Assembly: GCF_006345805.1 (NCBI RefSeq)
Contig: NW_021833635.1
Location: forward strand, 2,656 to 66,655
Length of the DNA stretch: 64,000 nucleotides
Source: Octopus sinensis
Lineage: Eukaryota
Direction of reading: 5' to 3'
The translations under genes were made by a program, and so were the position numbers. The notes beneath the pieces were generated by a model, which was not told the DNA's origin, searched no databases, and saw only the letters and a list, made by a program, of their open reading frames with translations. Shown piece after piece: positions 22,920 to 35,116 of this stretch (position 1 is the first letter of the stretch; each line of letters starts with the position of its first letter).

Positions 22920-23821
22920 GAGTAATCTGAATTGCATTTTTCATTACTTCTAGAAGCATTTCTCTTCCTGTAACAATTGGTAAGTAGAAATAGATGTTCG
23001 TTTTTCTACTATTAATACCTAAGTACATACACCCACCTGATCTGCTTATGTGTTATTTGTAAAAGAAAATAAAATGCTTTACATTTTAGAAATATTATTG
23101 CTGTTTATGCCTGCATTCTCTTCACTGTAAATATAGTTGCTGGATTTATACATTTTATGATTAAACTTACACTAATCAACTCTCTCTCTCTCTCTCGGCT
23201 TTCCCCTCTACATTCTCCACATACCTTTCAATATACTGTGTTCACTGCGATCGCGATGTGGCTAATTTGGATGAAATCTGGGTGTGATTGGTGCGGGGAA
23301 AGTACAGCTCAAGAAAGTGTACGAAACGGAACAGTTCAGACAGCAACAATACATAATTCGAATTTTGCGTATATTCAACAAGTAATTGCTTTTCAAACAG
23401 GTGAACGAGTTCTCAGCTATAAAGAAAGGTTAGGTGAAAATTATCATAAATTGTTAATGTTCGATGTAATCTGAGGAGAATAAGTGCTGGGAAACGACAA
23501 GAAGCATAAGAAGAAGCAGAAATATGGTTAATGGTAGAAACAAGAAGACTAGTTGAAAGAATGCGAAACGAAACACGGGAAACATAAATGTGGGGAAAAA
23601 ATACGATTAACTCAGTCTCTAGAATGTAAACACAGGGGAAGCATAAGAAAAAAATGTTAATATTAGAGGTAACTATAGGACGCTTATTGCGCAAAGGCGA
23701 AGGAAATACCAGGACCTGACAGATGAAAATATTATTGAGAATTGAAAAATGCAAGACTTAAATATAATGCAGTTTATGAGAGTGGTTTGGGAAATAAAAT
23801 TTACTGTGTGATCCATGTGAA

Positions 23822-23910
23822 ACTACTCTTTTACTCTTTTACTTGTTTCAGTCATTTGACTGCGGCCATGCTGGAGCACCGCCTTTTAGTCGAGCAAATC
23901 GACCCCAGGA
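23822..23910 (-). mobile_element. SINE family A, 3' fragment
   Basis: Tail consensus. Confidence 0.8.
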
Positions 23911-24007
23911 CAAGATGGACAAACTGGCAAATATGCATGCATGCATGTATGTATGTATGTATGTATGTATGTATGTATGTTTAATTAATATACCTCAGAT
24001 GATGCCA

Positions 24008-24213
24008 TTACTCTCTTTACTTGTTTCAGTCATTTGACTGTGGCCATGCTGGAGCATCGCCTTCTAGTCGAGTAAATCGACCCCAGGAATTATTCTTTGT
24101 AAGCCTAGTACTTATTCTATCGTTCTCTTTTGCCTATCCGCTAAGTTACGGGGATGTAAACACACCAGCATCAGTTGTCAAACGCCGTTGGGGGGACAAA
24201 CACAGACACGCAA

Positions 24214-24270
<57 letters not shown>

Positions 24271-24443
24271 CACATATATACGACGGGCTTCTTTCAGTTT
24301 CCGTCTACCAAATCCACTCACAAAACTTTAGTCGGCCCGAGGCTATAGTAGAAGACACTTGGACAAGTTGCCACGCAGTAGGACTGAACCCGGAACCATG
24401 TGGTTCGTAAGCAAGCTAATTACCACACAGACACTCCTATGCC
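24008..24443 (-). mobile_element. SINE family A
   Basis: Full length with internal (CA)n/(TA)n. Confidence 0.88.
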
Positions 24444-24450
24444 TATAAAT

Positions 24451-24640
24451 ATTGGTTTCAAATTTTGGCACAAAGCCAGCAATTTCGAGTGGAAGGATTA
24501 AGTCCATTCCATCGACTCCATTGCTCAACTGGTACTTATTTTATCGACCTCAAAAGGAGGAAAGACAGTGAACCATGGGGGAATTTGAACTCGGAATCGT
24601 TTAAACTTGGCGTGCAAACGATTCAGCCAGCTCGCTGCCT
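24451..24640 (-). mobile_element. SINE family B, diverged
   Basis: Reverse complement of head and central domain. Confidence 0.65.
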
Positions 24641-24826
24641 TATGTGGATGTATACACAGGCTGGCCCAAAAGTAGGTTTGCAGTTATCCCGTAGGCTCTT
24701 TAAATTTCTTTTAAAACATGTTATTACATTTAAATTTCTATCTTACAAATTGAAAAGGGAACTTGACAAAATTAACTAAATAACCATAGAATAATGGTTT
24801 CATTTTTTTTATATAATTAAGATCTA

Positions 24827-25462
24827 GGATCTTTTCCTTTTGAACGGCACACAATTTCTAGTTAACTAAACACTTTTAAACTTCGTATACTGGTAGAATG
24901 TGTTTATAAAACATCATTTTCTCTTGGTTTTATTGAGAAAATTCTATAGTTTGTAAGATATTTCGTCTGAAAATCCGAGCATTTCGGCAATTTTAACCAA
25001 TCGATTACCTCCATTCAACTAAAATCATTTGCTGCGTCTAAAACTGAGACAATATCATGTAACTAACCCTAAACCTCCCCCCTAACCCTAACCCTAATCC
25101 TAATTTTTTTTCTTAATTGTTAAATTAATTTAATTCCATTGCTTTAGTTTTTTTTACACGCGTAACAATTAAATTAATTTAAAAATTAAGAAAAAAAAAT
25201 TAGGGTTTGGGTTAGGGTTAGGGGGGAGGTTTAGGGTTAGTTACAGGATGTTGTCTCAGTTTTAGATGCAGCAAATGATTTTAGCTCAAAAGAGAGCATA
25301 GGATTGGTTAAAATTCGAAAAATTAAACTACGTTAAACAAACAAATTTTCTCAAGAAAGCCAAGAGAAAAAAATGTTTTATTTTGACACATTCTACCAGT
25401 ATACGAAGTTTTAAAGTGTTTAGTTAACTAGATATTGTCTGTCGTTCAAAAGGAAAAGATCC
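24827..25462. mobile_element. Related MITE with about 300-bp inverted arms, (CCCTAA)n on the left and (TTAGGG)n on the right, 8-bp TSD
   Basis: TSD AAGATCTA at 24819-24826 and 25463-25470; termini GGATCTTTTCCTTTTGAACG. Confidence 0.88.
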
Positions 25463-25544
25463 AAGATCTAAACTGTTAATATATGAATGCAAAAGAGAAG
25501 GTTGAATAAGTGTATGCTTACTTTTGGACCACCCAGTATACTGA

Positions 25545-25672
25545 TTTCAACTTGCGGCGCAAGGCCAGCAATTTTGGGTCGATTACATCGATCCCAGTGC
25601 TCAACTGGTACTTAGTTTATCGACTCCGAAAGGATGAAAAGCAAAGTCGAACGCGGCAGAATTTGAACTCAA
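25545..25672 (-). mobile_element. SINE family B, partial
   Basis: Central domain and alternative tail. Confidence 0.65.
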
Positions 25673-25771
25673 ATATTGTTTACCAATACTGTACAGTCAA
25701 ACATTTCTTATCAAAGGCCTCAGATAGTAAGTTCAATTACTACTGTCATGAAAATAAAATCAAATTGCAAG

Positions 25772-26370
25772 GGGGCGAGCTGGCAGAGACGTTAGCACGC
25801 CGGGCGAAATGCGTAGCCGTATTTCGTCTGCCGTTACATTCTGAGTTCAAATTCCGTCGAGGTCGACTTTGCCTTTCATCCTTTCGGGGTCGATAAATTA
25901 AGTACCAGCTACGCACTGGGGTCGATGTAATCGACTTAATCTCTTTGTCTGTCCTTGTTTGTCCTCTCTGTGTTTAGCCCCTTGTGGGTAGTAAAGAAAT
26001 AGATATTTCATTTGTCTTTGCGTTCTGAGTTCAAATTCCGCCGCGGTCGACTTTGCCTTCCATCCTTTCGGGGTTGATAAATTAAGTACCAGCTACGCAC
26101 TGGGGTCGATGTAATCGACTTAATCCGTTTGTTTGTCCTTGTTTGTCCTCTCTGTGTTTAGCCCCTTGTGGGTAGTAAAGAAATGGATATTTCATCTGCC
26201 GCTACGTTCTGAGTTCAAATTCCGCCGAGGTCGACTTTGCCTCTCATCCTTTCGGGGTCGATAAATTAAGTACCAGTTACGCACTGAGGTCGATGTAATC
26301 GACTTAATCCGTTTGTCCCTTTCTTGTTTGTCCCCTCTGTGTTTAACCCCTTGTGGGTAGTAAAGAAACA
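25772..26370 (+). mobile_element. Tandem array of three SINE family B units
   Basis: Junctions AAAGAAATA-GATATTTC (about 26000) and AAAGAAAT-GGATATTTCATCTGCCG (about 26184). Confidence 0.9.
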
Positions 26371-26744
26371 GATAAAATCAAATTGCTTAACTGAAGAGAA
26401 ACATAACTTTGTCTCCGTAATATAGTGAGCAATCCAAAGAATCTTGATTATAATCACTTCAGACAGTTGTTCTTGTAACTCAACACTCTCCTTTGCATCG
26501 TTGGGAACTCACGTACTGGAGGCCTTCTGTTGTTGACTATATCGGTTTCACGTTCATGACTCAATCTGTCATCGCTCGAGCAACGACATGCATATTTTTG
26601 GAGCAAAATCACGATGAATTGCCCAACTTCATCTAATTGATTAAAAAAATGGTCGCGAATATTAAATTACAGAATAGGAATAATGAAAGAGGCATCTCTC
26701 AAACTATAACTGCTTTAGATTTGATCATTTGAATAAATAATAAT

Positions 26745-27321
26745 TTCAAATTTTGATTCCAGGCCTGCAATTTTGAGGGAGTGGGGTAAGTTGATTACAT
26801 CGATCCCGGTTTACATCTGGTACTTATTTAATCGACCCCGAAAAGATGAAAGACAATGTCGACCTCGGCGGAATTTGAGCTCAGAACGTAATGGCAGACG
26901 AAATACCTATTTCTTTATTACCCACAAGGGGCCAAACAGAGGGGACAAACATGGACAGACATAAGTATTAAGTCGATTATATCGACCCCAGTACGTAACT
27001 GGGACTTATTTAATCGACCCCAAAAGGATGAAAGGCAAAGTCGACATAGGCGGAATTTGAACTCAGAACGTAGCGGCAGACGAAATACCTATTTCTTTAC
27101 TACCCTCAAGGGGCTAAACACAGAGAGGACAAACAAGGACAGACAAACGGATTAAGTCGATTACATCGACTCCAGTGCGTGACTGGTACTTAATTTATCG
27201 ACCCCGAAAAGATGAAAGGCAAAGTCAACCTCGGCGAAATTTGAACTCAGAACGTAACGGCCGACAAAATACGGCTATGCATTTCGCCCGGCGTGCTAAC
27301 GTTTCTGCCAGCTCGCCGCCT
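26745..27321 (-). mobile_element. Tandem array of three SINE family B units
   Basis: Two Tx1-tailed units then one alternative-tail unit; junctions AAAGAAATA-GGTATTTCGTCTGCC at about 26906 and 27088. Confidence 0.9.
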
Positions 27322-27499
27322 TAGACAGTTACCTCTACTCTTTCCTACTCTAGGCACAAAGCCCGAAATATTTTGGGAGAGGGCCAGTCGATTAGCTATG
27401 TACTTATTATACCGGCATGCTAAGGTTTCTGCCAGCTAGCCGCCTTAGACATTTATCTATATTGACAAGGTGATTCTCAACATCAAACAACAGGATCTT

Positions 27500-27862
<363 letters not shown>

Positions 27863-28472
27863 ATGAGTGTCCTAGAGGCGTAACAGGGGGGTGGGGAGCT
27901 AAATGGGCAGTCCATTCTTAGGCGGTTATGCGAAGGGGAGCAAAAATCTCCCCCTTGTTTATGATGCCTGTTAATTAAAGTAGAAACGGCGCAGAATTGG
28001 GTGGGTGGGTGGGTGGTTGGGTATTGTCTTTTGCTCCGAGTGCCATGAACCATTGCTAAAAGTGACTGGTTTGTATTTGTATGTGTTTATTTGTGCGCGT
28101 GTGTGTGTGCGTGGGTGGGTGTGCGTGCGTGCGTGCGTATGACTGTGCGCAGGCGCCTTTCCGTGCGTATGCATATCTTTGCATGAAGACACGATTGGCG
28201 AGTGAAGGAGGGAGGAGGGAGGAGGAAGAAAGAGAAGCGGAGAACGAAAAAAAAAAGAGGCGAGGGAGGGTAGAAAGACAGCGAAGGAAGAGAGTCGTGA
28301 TAGTCTTAAAGTGCACTAATATAGCCATTTACTGGTAATACAGTGCAAAGAATCATAGTGACGTACTCACCCCTCTCTCTCTCTCCCCTTAGGTGTGTGT
28401 GTGCATGTGTGAGTGTACACACACACACACATATACATACACACACACACTGACACACACACACACACACTG

Positions 28473-28503
<31 letters not shown>

Positions 28504-28529
28504 TACCAGCTTCAGAGCTGCATTGAGTA

Positions 28530-28770
28530 CATTCTTTTATTCTTTTATTTTCTTTTCAGTCATTTGACTGCGGCCATGCTGGAGCACCGCCTTTAGTCGA
28601 TCGAGCAAATCGACCCCAAAGACTTATACTTTGTAAGCCTAGTACTGTATTCTATCTGTCTCTTTTTTTTGCCGAACCACTAATTGACAGGAACATAAAC
28701 ACACCAGCATCGGTTGTCAAGCGATGTCGGAGGTACAAACACAGACACACAAACATACACACACACACAC

Positions 28771-28820
<50 letters not shown>

Positions 28821-28829
28821 CACTCCCCC

Positions 28830-28863
<34 letters not shown>

Positions 28864-28975
28864 GACGGGCTTCTTTCAGTTTCCGTCTACCAAATCCACT
28901 CACAAGGCTTTGGTCGGACCGAAGCTATAGTAGAAGACATTTGCCCAGGGTGCCACACAGCCACTCCTGCGCCTA
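28530..28975 (-). mobile_element. SINE family A
   Basis: Expanded internal (CA)n/(TA)n. Confidence 0.85.
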
Positions 28976-29241
28976 TATCAAATTTTATTAAACTTGACCA
29001 ATATTTTTCAAGCAATGAACAATTTTCATCAAAACAATGACATAATTTGTCAACATGGACCTTATTACAAAGCTGCATGATAAACAAGATTTCTTGTCTA
29101 CACATTCGGGGTTCAGTATAATACTTTCTTCTGTTAAATCTCTTTCTTTCTCTGTCTCGCTCTCTTTCTGTTGATCAAAGGCGTTGTTGGTGGTAGCGTC
29201 AGAAGTCTGAATGATCTGCATATGGCAGCCACGCCTGCACC

Positions 29242-29272
<31 letters not shown>

Positions 29273-29588
29273 ATATATGTATGCGTGTGTGTGTGTGTGT
29301 GTGTGCATGACGGAAAAAATACGAATTCTGTCAGAACAGTCCTGGAGGAGTATTTTTCGTGACGGACAAGTGAATTTTAGAAGAGGGGCCTTGCAAGTCT
29401 ACCAGATAGATGGAAGAGCATTGTAGAAATTCTTTGTAAGCCTAGTACTTATTCTATCGTTCTCTTTTGCCTATGGAGGAGAGTATATTTTAGATTAAAA
29501 AGAACTTTACTTTAATTTTGAAAATAAGAGAAGTATAAAAAGCCGCATTATTTATGGGATGACGCAATATATATATACACGCAAACAC

Positions 29589-29642
<54 letters not shown>

Positions 29643-29646
29643 ATAC

Positions 29647-29900
29647 TGTCCTGTTTTTGTTACCACTTTTACTTAATTTGCTTTGCGGGAAGGATTGTTT
29701 CAACGAAGTCGTGTCTCGCCTTTACCTTCGAACCGCGGAGTAGATGAAACAGAGGCGGCTGAAGAAGGGGAATGTTCCTTGTGTTGTATGTCTTGTACTC
29801 TATTTTTCCGTTGTTTAAGAAAAATGTCCATTTCCTTGGTTTTGTTTTTATGTTTTCGTTTCTCATTGTGTTCGACGTTTTTTTGGTATCCTGTACCCAT
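29647..29900 (+). mobile_element. (TA)n-anchored repeat, probable pseudo-LTR-type 3' end
   Basis: Lies between TA arrays; its 3' end ...GTGTTCGACGTTTTTTTGGTATCCTGTACCCATATA resembles 48465-48556. Confidence 0.5.
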
Positions 29901-30062
29901 ATATACATGTATATATACATATAGATGTAGGTACGTAGATATATGTATGTATATATGCATATTTTATTTATTATTTTGTTAATATGTATATATATACATA
30001 GACGTATATTTATATTTATATATATGTATTTATGTATATATATCTATGTATATATGTATATA

Positions 30063-30109
<47 letters not shown>

Positions 30110-30157
30110 ATATATATATATATAATATTATATATATAATATATATTATATATTCAC

Positions 30158-30822
30158 ACTTTATAATTAGGGTTCAGCAAAGATTTGCTTTAACACATAC
30201 CGAAGTTAGAAATAGCAGTCAAAAACCTTAGCTATTTCTTCTACTTTAAAAAGGGACTCCCAGAAAAACCAAAATACTTCAAAACAATCTACGCAGGCAG
30301 AGAGGAAAATTAACGAAAATCAATCGATATCTGGTTACCCATGTACGCGCGTTTCGGAATTAGATCTGTATAAAGAATATAGAATTATACTTTACCCAAC
30401 CATTTTCGTTCATCAGCATAGGATTCCAACAATATTAAATATCAAATATTAAATTCGAAGGTACTGGAAGAATTGGATACATCTCTTCACCTAACGGTAT
30501 CGGACTGATCATATTCAGTGTTAGTGCCGCCAAATTTAAAATACGAATGAAGTTCATCACCTCTCCCTGCCAATTCGAGCGTGTCGCCAAGTAAGATACT
30601 ACAGAAAAAAACAAAAAAACTGTAGTTTGTTATCAAGGAGAAAAATTCCATTATCAATAATAACAAAGGGTAACATTAATTAATTAAGAAGTAATCAATA
30701 ATTTCACCAAGTAGAATTCGGCATGAAAAAAGAGCATTTACGGTAAACTTAAGGTTTTTTGACTGCTATTTCTACACTTCGGTATGTGGTAAAGCAAATC
30801 TTTGCTGAACCCTAATTATAAG

Positions 30823-30823
<1 letters not shown>
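30158..30823. mobile_element. Element of about 670 bp with about 70-bp terminal inverted repeats in (TA)n, carrying a hammerhead-like motif
   Basis: 30163-30230 ATAATTAGGGTTCAGCAAAGATTTGCTTTA...AACCTTA is the reverse complement of 30750-30819. Confidence 0.8.
30338..30422 (-). ncRNA. Type I hammerhead-like motif with long, partly degenerate stem II
   Basis: CCTATG-CTGATGA-(54 nt with GTATAA/TTATAC)-GAAA-CGCGCG-TA-CATGGG; 6-bp stem I, palindromic ACGCGCGT. Confidence 0.6.
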
Positions 30824-30890
<67 letters not shown>

Positions 30891-30933
30891 GACACACACG
30901 CATATATACACACATATGTATATATATATATAT

Positions 30934-31130
30934 AACGGGAAGGTTTACGAAAATAAACAAAAGACGAAGGCAGGTGGAGTACAAACAAACAAATGTATTA
31001 TTATGGCGCTCAGGAATAGAAATAGAACAAGTCTTTTACGTTTCGAGCCTACGCTCTTCAACAGAAAGATACACAGAAAAGAAACAAGGAGAGAAAAAAT
31101 GCGTGTAGGAGCTAACGATCCATTTTGGCG
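30934..31130 (-). mobile_element. (TA)n-anchored repeat family carrying a hammerhead variant
   Basis: Same sequence at 39657-39822; related at 32745-32932, 46930-47025 and 48611-48668; the 3' end ...CTTCCCGT abuts TATATA. Confidence 0.75.
31032..31069 (-). ncRNA. Minimal hammerhead motif, A6U variant (CUGUUGA)
   Basis: TCTTT-CTGTTGA-A-GAGC gtag GCTC-GAAA-CG-TA-AAAGA. Confidence 0.62.
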
Positions 31131-31520
31131 TATATATATATATACATACACACATACATCTAGGCGCAGGCGTAGCTATGTGGTAAGAATGTTCACATTA
31201 ATATGCGAGCTTTCGGTCGTATGTGCACGTGCTGTGGTGGATAAATTAGATTTAGCTCGTATGTAAATGTGAACATTTGTATATATGATTATAAATACAT
31301 GATATTAGTGTTGCTACGTATAAATGTTTATAATAATTTACTACTGGTCATACTATACTTATGAAGGTAAGGAGATTTTACATCTGTATACCAGAAATCG
31401 ATCTATAGTTAAACCTCTTTTACGAAATCTTATTCACTGTTCTCGCTTTCAGTCCGTGCTAATGGAGCAAGTAAATGTAGTTCTTAGGGCCATTTGGTGT
31501 CTATTTCCTTAGTGCCCTTA

Positions 31521-31675
31521 GGTGTAGGAGTGGCTGTGTGGCAAGTAGCTTGCTTAGCAACCACATGGTTCAGGTCCCACTGCGTGGGGCCTTGGGCAAG
31601 TGTCTTCTACTATAGCCTCGGCCGACCAAAGCCTTGTGAGTTGATTTGGTTGACGGAAACTGAAAGAAGGCGGTC

Positions 31676-31738
<63 letters not shown>

Positions 31739-31915
31739 GTTTGTGTGACAACCGATGCTGGTGCGCTTATGTCCCCCGTAATCTAGCTGTTCAGCAAAAG
31801 AGACCGATAGAATAAGTACTAGGCTTACAAAAAACAAGCCCTGGAGTCGATTTGCTCGACTAAAGGCGGTGCTCCGGCATGGCCACAGTAAAATAACTGA
31901 AACAAGTAAAAGAGT
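31521..31915 (+). mobile_element. SINE family A
   Basis: Head, internal (TA)n, tail. Confidence 0.85.
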
Positions 31916-31929
31916 ATATATATATATAT

Positions 31930-32339
31930 AAGCAATAATAAATCTCTGAACGAGATGTAGACAGTAACTGCACGACAACGTAAAGTATACTAGCCATCTC
32001 AATATGGCTAACCACTAAGAGTGGGTGTTACTGTAGCTTGTAGCCCCAGGAGATCATCGTCTCCGGCTGGCTTTAGGCACACTTTCTGTGCCCTTATGGT
32101 ATTTGAAAAGGGAGGTCATCCCTCCCTCGTCAACCTAGGTGACACGCACGGACTGCAGTTTCTAGGTATTTGCTTGTCTTAAGCGTACGGCAGTCACCGG
32201 TTTTCGATGAAGGAAGACCGTTTGCAAATACTTATTTATTGTTTTTCCAGTAACTTTTCGTCACTGATCTCGAAAAACTGTATGCAAGCAATAATAAATC
32301 TCTGAACGAGATGTAAACAGTAACTGCACGACAATGTAA
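31930..32339 (+). repeat. 356-bp hairpin-rich unit with 54-bp terminal redundancy
   Basis: 31930-31983 repeated at 32286-32339 with 2 mismatches. Confidence 0.85.
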
Positions 32340-32544
32340 GGTAGCTTCGTGTATTAGCACTTCATATTCTAAGAGTACCAATGCACGAAGCCCTCGGCCT
32401 TTGATTCACTTTGAAACTTCAGCTTGTTAAATGAAAAAACATATATTCTCATATTTTGAGTTGTATTTTCTTCTTTGTATTACTATATGCGTATGTAAGC
32501 GTTTGTAACTGTGTGTGCATGTGCATATGTGTGCGTGTGTGTGA

Positions 32545-32593
<49 letters not shown>

Positions 32594-32744
32594 CACACTC
32601 ACAAGTCCACATAATTTTCAGCTCGTCAACACATACAAACTCACTCCATTCTTCCACCCACCTCATTCACATATGCACACTTACACACACCATTCTCACA
32701 TACACCTTAATTCGTCTACCTTTCATTCAACCTCTTTCTTCCCG

Positions 32745-32932
32745 CAATTTCATCATGTCGAACCATTAATCTCTACGCATCTTTTTTCTCCGTTTTTTTT
32801 TAACCTCTCAATCGTTTCTGTCGAAGAAGGTGGGGGTGGGGGCGAAACGTAAAAGATACTTCCATTCTTCAAGAGTGTTAAATTAACACACCTGCCTGCT
32901 GTTCTTACACCTGCCTTCGTCTTTTGTTTCTG
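32745..32932 (+). mobile_element. Diverged member of the A6U-hammerhead (TA)n-anchored family
   Basis: ATCGTTT-CTGTCGA-A-...-GAAACGTA-AAAGAT at 32811-32857; ends CCTGCCTTCGTCTTTTGTTTC then TATA. Confidence 0.6.
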
Positions 32933-33061
32933 TATATATATATATATATATATAAGTTCAGCAAAATTTAGATTCAAATGAATATGGTACTTAAGTCAGA
33001 TGCACCAGAATTGTGTACGGTGTTATCCATATAAATCCATGGGGTGATTATAATCAAAGCA

Positions 33062-33425
33062 AGCAACAAGAATATCTTCGGTAATTTGGTACGATCGTTT
33101 CACGCTAAATCATTTTATTAAACATTGTAAGTATTACATCAGTTATAAAATGTTGAGCAATCATCAGCCATTCATAGAGGTTTTCCATCAATACATATAC
33201 TTATTTCCATGTTAATCGATAACATTATAAAGAGGGTTCATATACAGACAGAAATGTTGATTTGAATGTTAGGAACTTTAAGGTGTTGGAATTTATCTTC
33301 TGACAAAAGAATTTTCTTTAAGTTATTTTGATCTGCTAGAGAGTGGGGAGGAATACTTACAATTTTTAATAAAATGATGTAGCGTGAAACGATCGTACCA
33401 AACTACCAAAGATATTCTTGTTGCT
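33062..33425. repeat. 61-bp inverted repeat pair
   Basis: 33062-33122 versus the reverse complement of 33365-33425, 3 mismatches. Confidence 0.85.
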
Positions 33426-33445
33426 TACTTTGATTATATATATAT

Positions 33446-34056
33446 ATACGATATAGTGCATATTTATACACATAAGGAATCCACTTAGCGTGAGATTCAA
33501 CACATTAGAGAGAACAGCTAGGTTCTGTAAACCACAAAAATAACGGATAAAATTCGACAGGAATAAATTTGGAAATGAAAAACATTTACCATCTAGTACC
33601 CCGGACCAAATTGGTTTCTGGTCTTCTTTTAGCAAGTCGGGGGAACTCGCTAGGTCTGATCTTCTTCGGCGTGATCCAACCTAGGGTTAAACATATACAA
33701 CAGAAGACAAGCACCGCTACTTGTCTCGTGTTTATACGAAGTAACTTTTCAAATTTTTCTGCGCAATCGCAGTCCTATCGTTGGCTACAATAAAAACCGC
33801 CAACTTTAACCGAAAATCATCTAAAAACTTATAATCATATCAAAGGGAAATGGAATTTAATTAAATTTAAAATATTCAATCAAAATTTAAATTTACAGTG
33901 GTCTAACGTGCAAAAAAATTAAGTCAAGAAGACTATATATTAGTCATACGATATAGTGCATATTTATACACATAAGGAATCCACTTAGCGTGAGATTCAA
34001 CACATTAGAGAGAACAGCTGGGTTCTATAAACCACAAAAATAACGGATAAAATTCG
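33446..34056 (+). repeat. 500-bp unit with 111-bp terminal redundancy
   Basis: 33446-33556 repeated at 33946-34056 with 2 mismatches. Confidence 0.88.
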
Positions 34057-34330
34057 TGAGGTTGTGAGTTCGAATTCCGGACCGGGCTGCGTGTTGTGTT
34101 CTTGAGCAAGACACTTTATTTCACGTTGCTCCAGTTCAGTCAGCTGTAGAAATGAGTTGCGACATCACAGGTCCTTTCCCTTGGATAACACTGGTGGCGT
34201 GGAGAGGGGGAGGCCGGTATGCATGGGCGATTGCTGGTCTTCCATAAACAACCTTGCCCGGACTTGTGCCAGGGAGAGTAACTTTCTAGGTGCAATCCCA
34301 TGGTCAGTCATGACCGAAGGGGGTCTCAGC
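34057..34330 (+). mobile_element. SINE family E, 5'-truncated
   Basis: B-box GTTCGAATTCC, GTTGTGTTCTTGAGCAAGACAC, tail CTAGGTGCAATCCCATGGTCA.TCATGACCG; second copy at 38780-38990 on the minus strand. Confidence 0.78.
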
Positions 34331-34368
34331 ACATACATATATACATACATAAATGCATACATACATAC

Positions 34369-34710
34369 TGCCCAGCGGATGTTAACATAAAGCTGAAAAT
34401 TAGTGAAAAAGAGAACACCTATACTGAACTATCGAGAAATCTTCAGTTACTCTATCCAGATTACAAGTTCAGTTTTATACCTGTAATTATTGGGGCCCTG
34501 GGATATGTAACACACTGCCTAAATATCAATCTTGAGAAATTAGGCTTCTCAAAAGCAGAACGGAGAAAACTAATTCGAAGACTATAGATCCAATCCATCA
34601 CTGGAACTGTAAAAATCTGTAAAACTTTCCAGAGGTTTATCGTTTAAATATATATGAGCATGTCTAGATATGCAACTATATGCATAAAGCAAAACATGCA
34701 AATATGCACG
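34369..34710 (+). mobile_element. RLE-type (R4-like) non-LTR retrotransposon 3' fragment within (CATA)n
   Basis: CPADVNIKLKISEKENTYTELSRNLQLLYPDYKFSFIPVIIGALGYV...*IQSITGTVKICKTFQRFIV*; CATA repeats on both sides. Confidence 0.75.
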
Positions 34711-34878
34711 TACATACATACATACATACATACATGCATGCATGCATGCATGCATACATACATACATACATACATACATGCATGCATACATACATGCATG
34801 CATGCATGCATGCATACATACATACATACATACATGCATGCATGCATGCATACATACATACATGCATACATACATACA

Positions 34879-34912
<34 letters not shown>

Positions 34913-35082
34913 CATGCATACATACATACATACATACATGCATGCATGCATACATACATACATGCATACATACATACATACATGCATACATACATGCATG
35001 CATACATGCATACATACATACATACATACATACATACATACATACATACATGCATGCATGCATACATACATACATATATACA

Positions 35083-35116
<34 letters not shown>

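Noticed and set aside
29750-29790. CTGAAGA hammerhead core
   Set aside because: No GAAA after the stem; the upstream GAAA cannot form a type II or III topology.
33700-33760. Minus-strand TTGAAAA...GAGA motif
   Set aside because: GAAA absent and stems I and III do not form.
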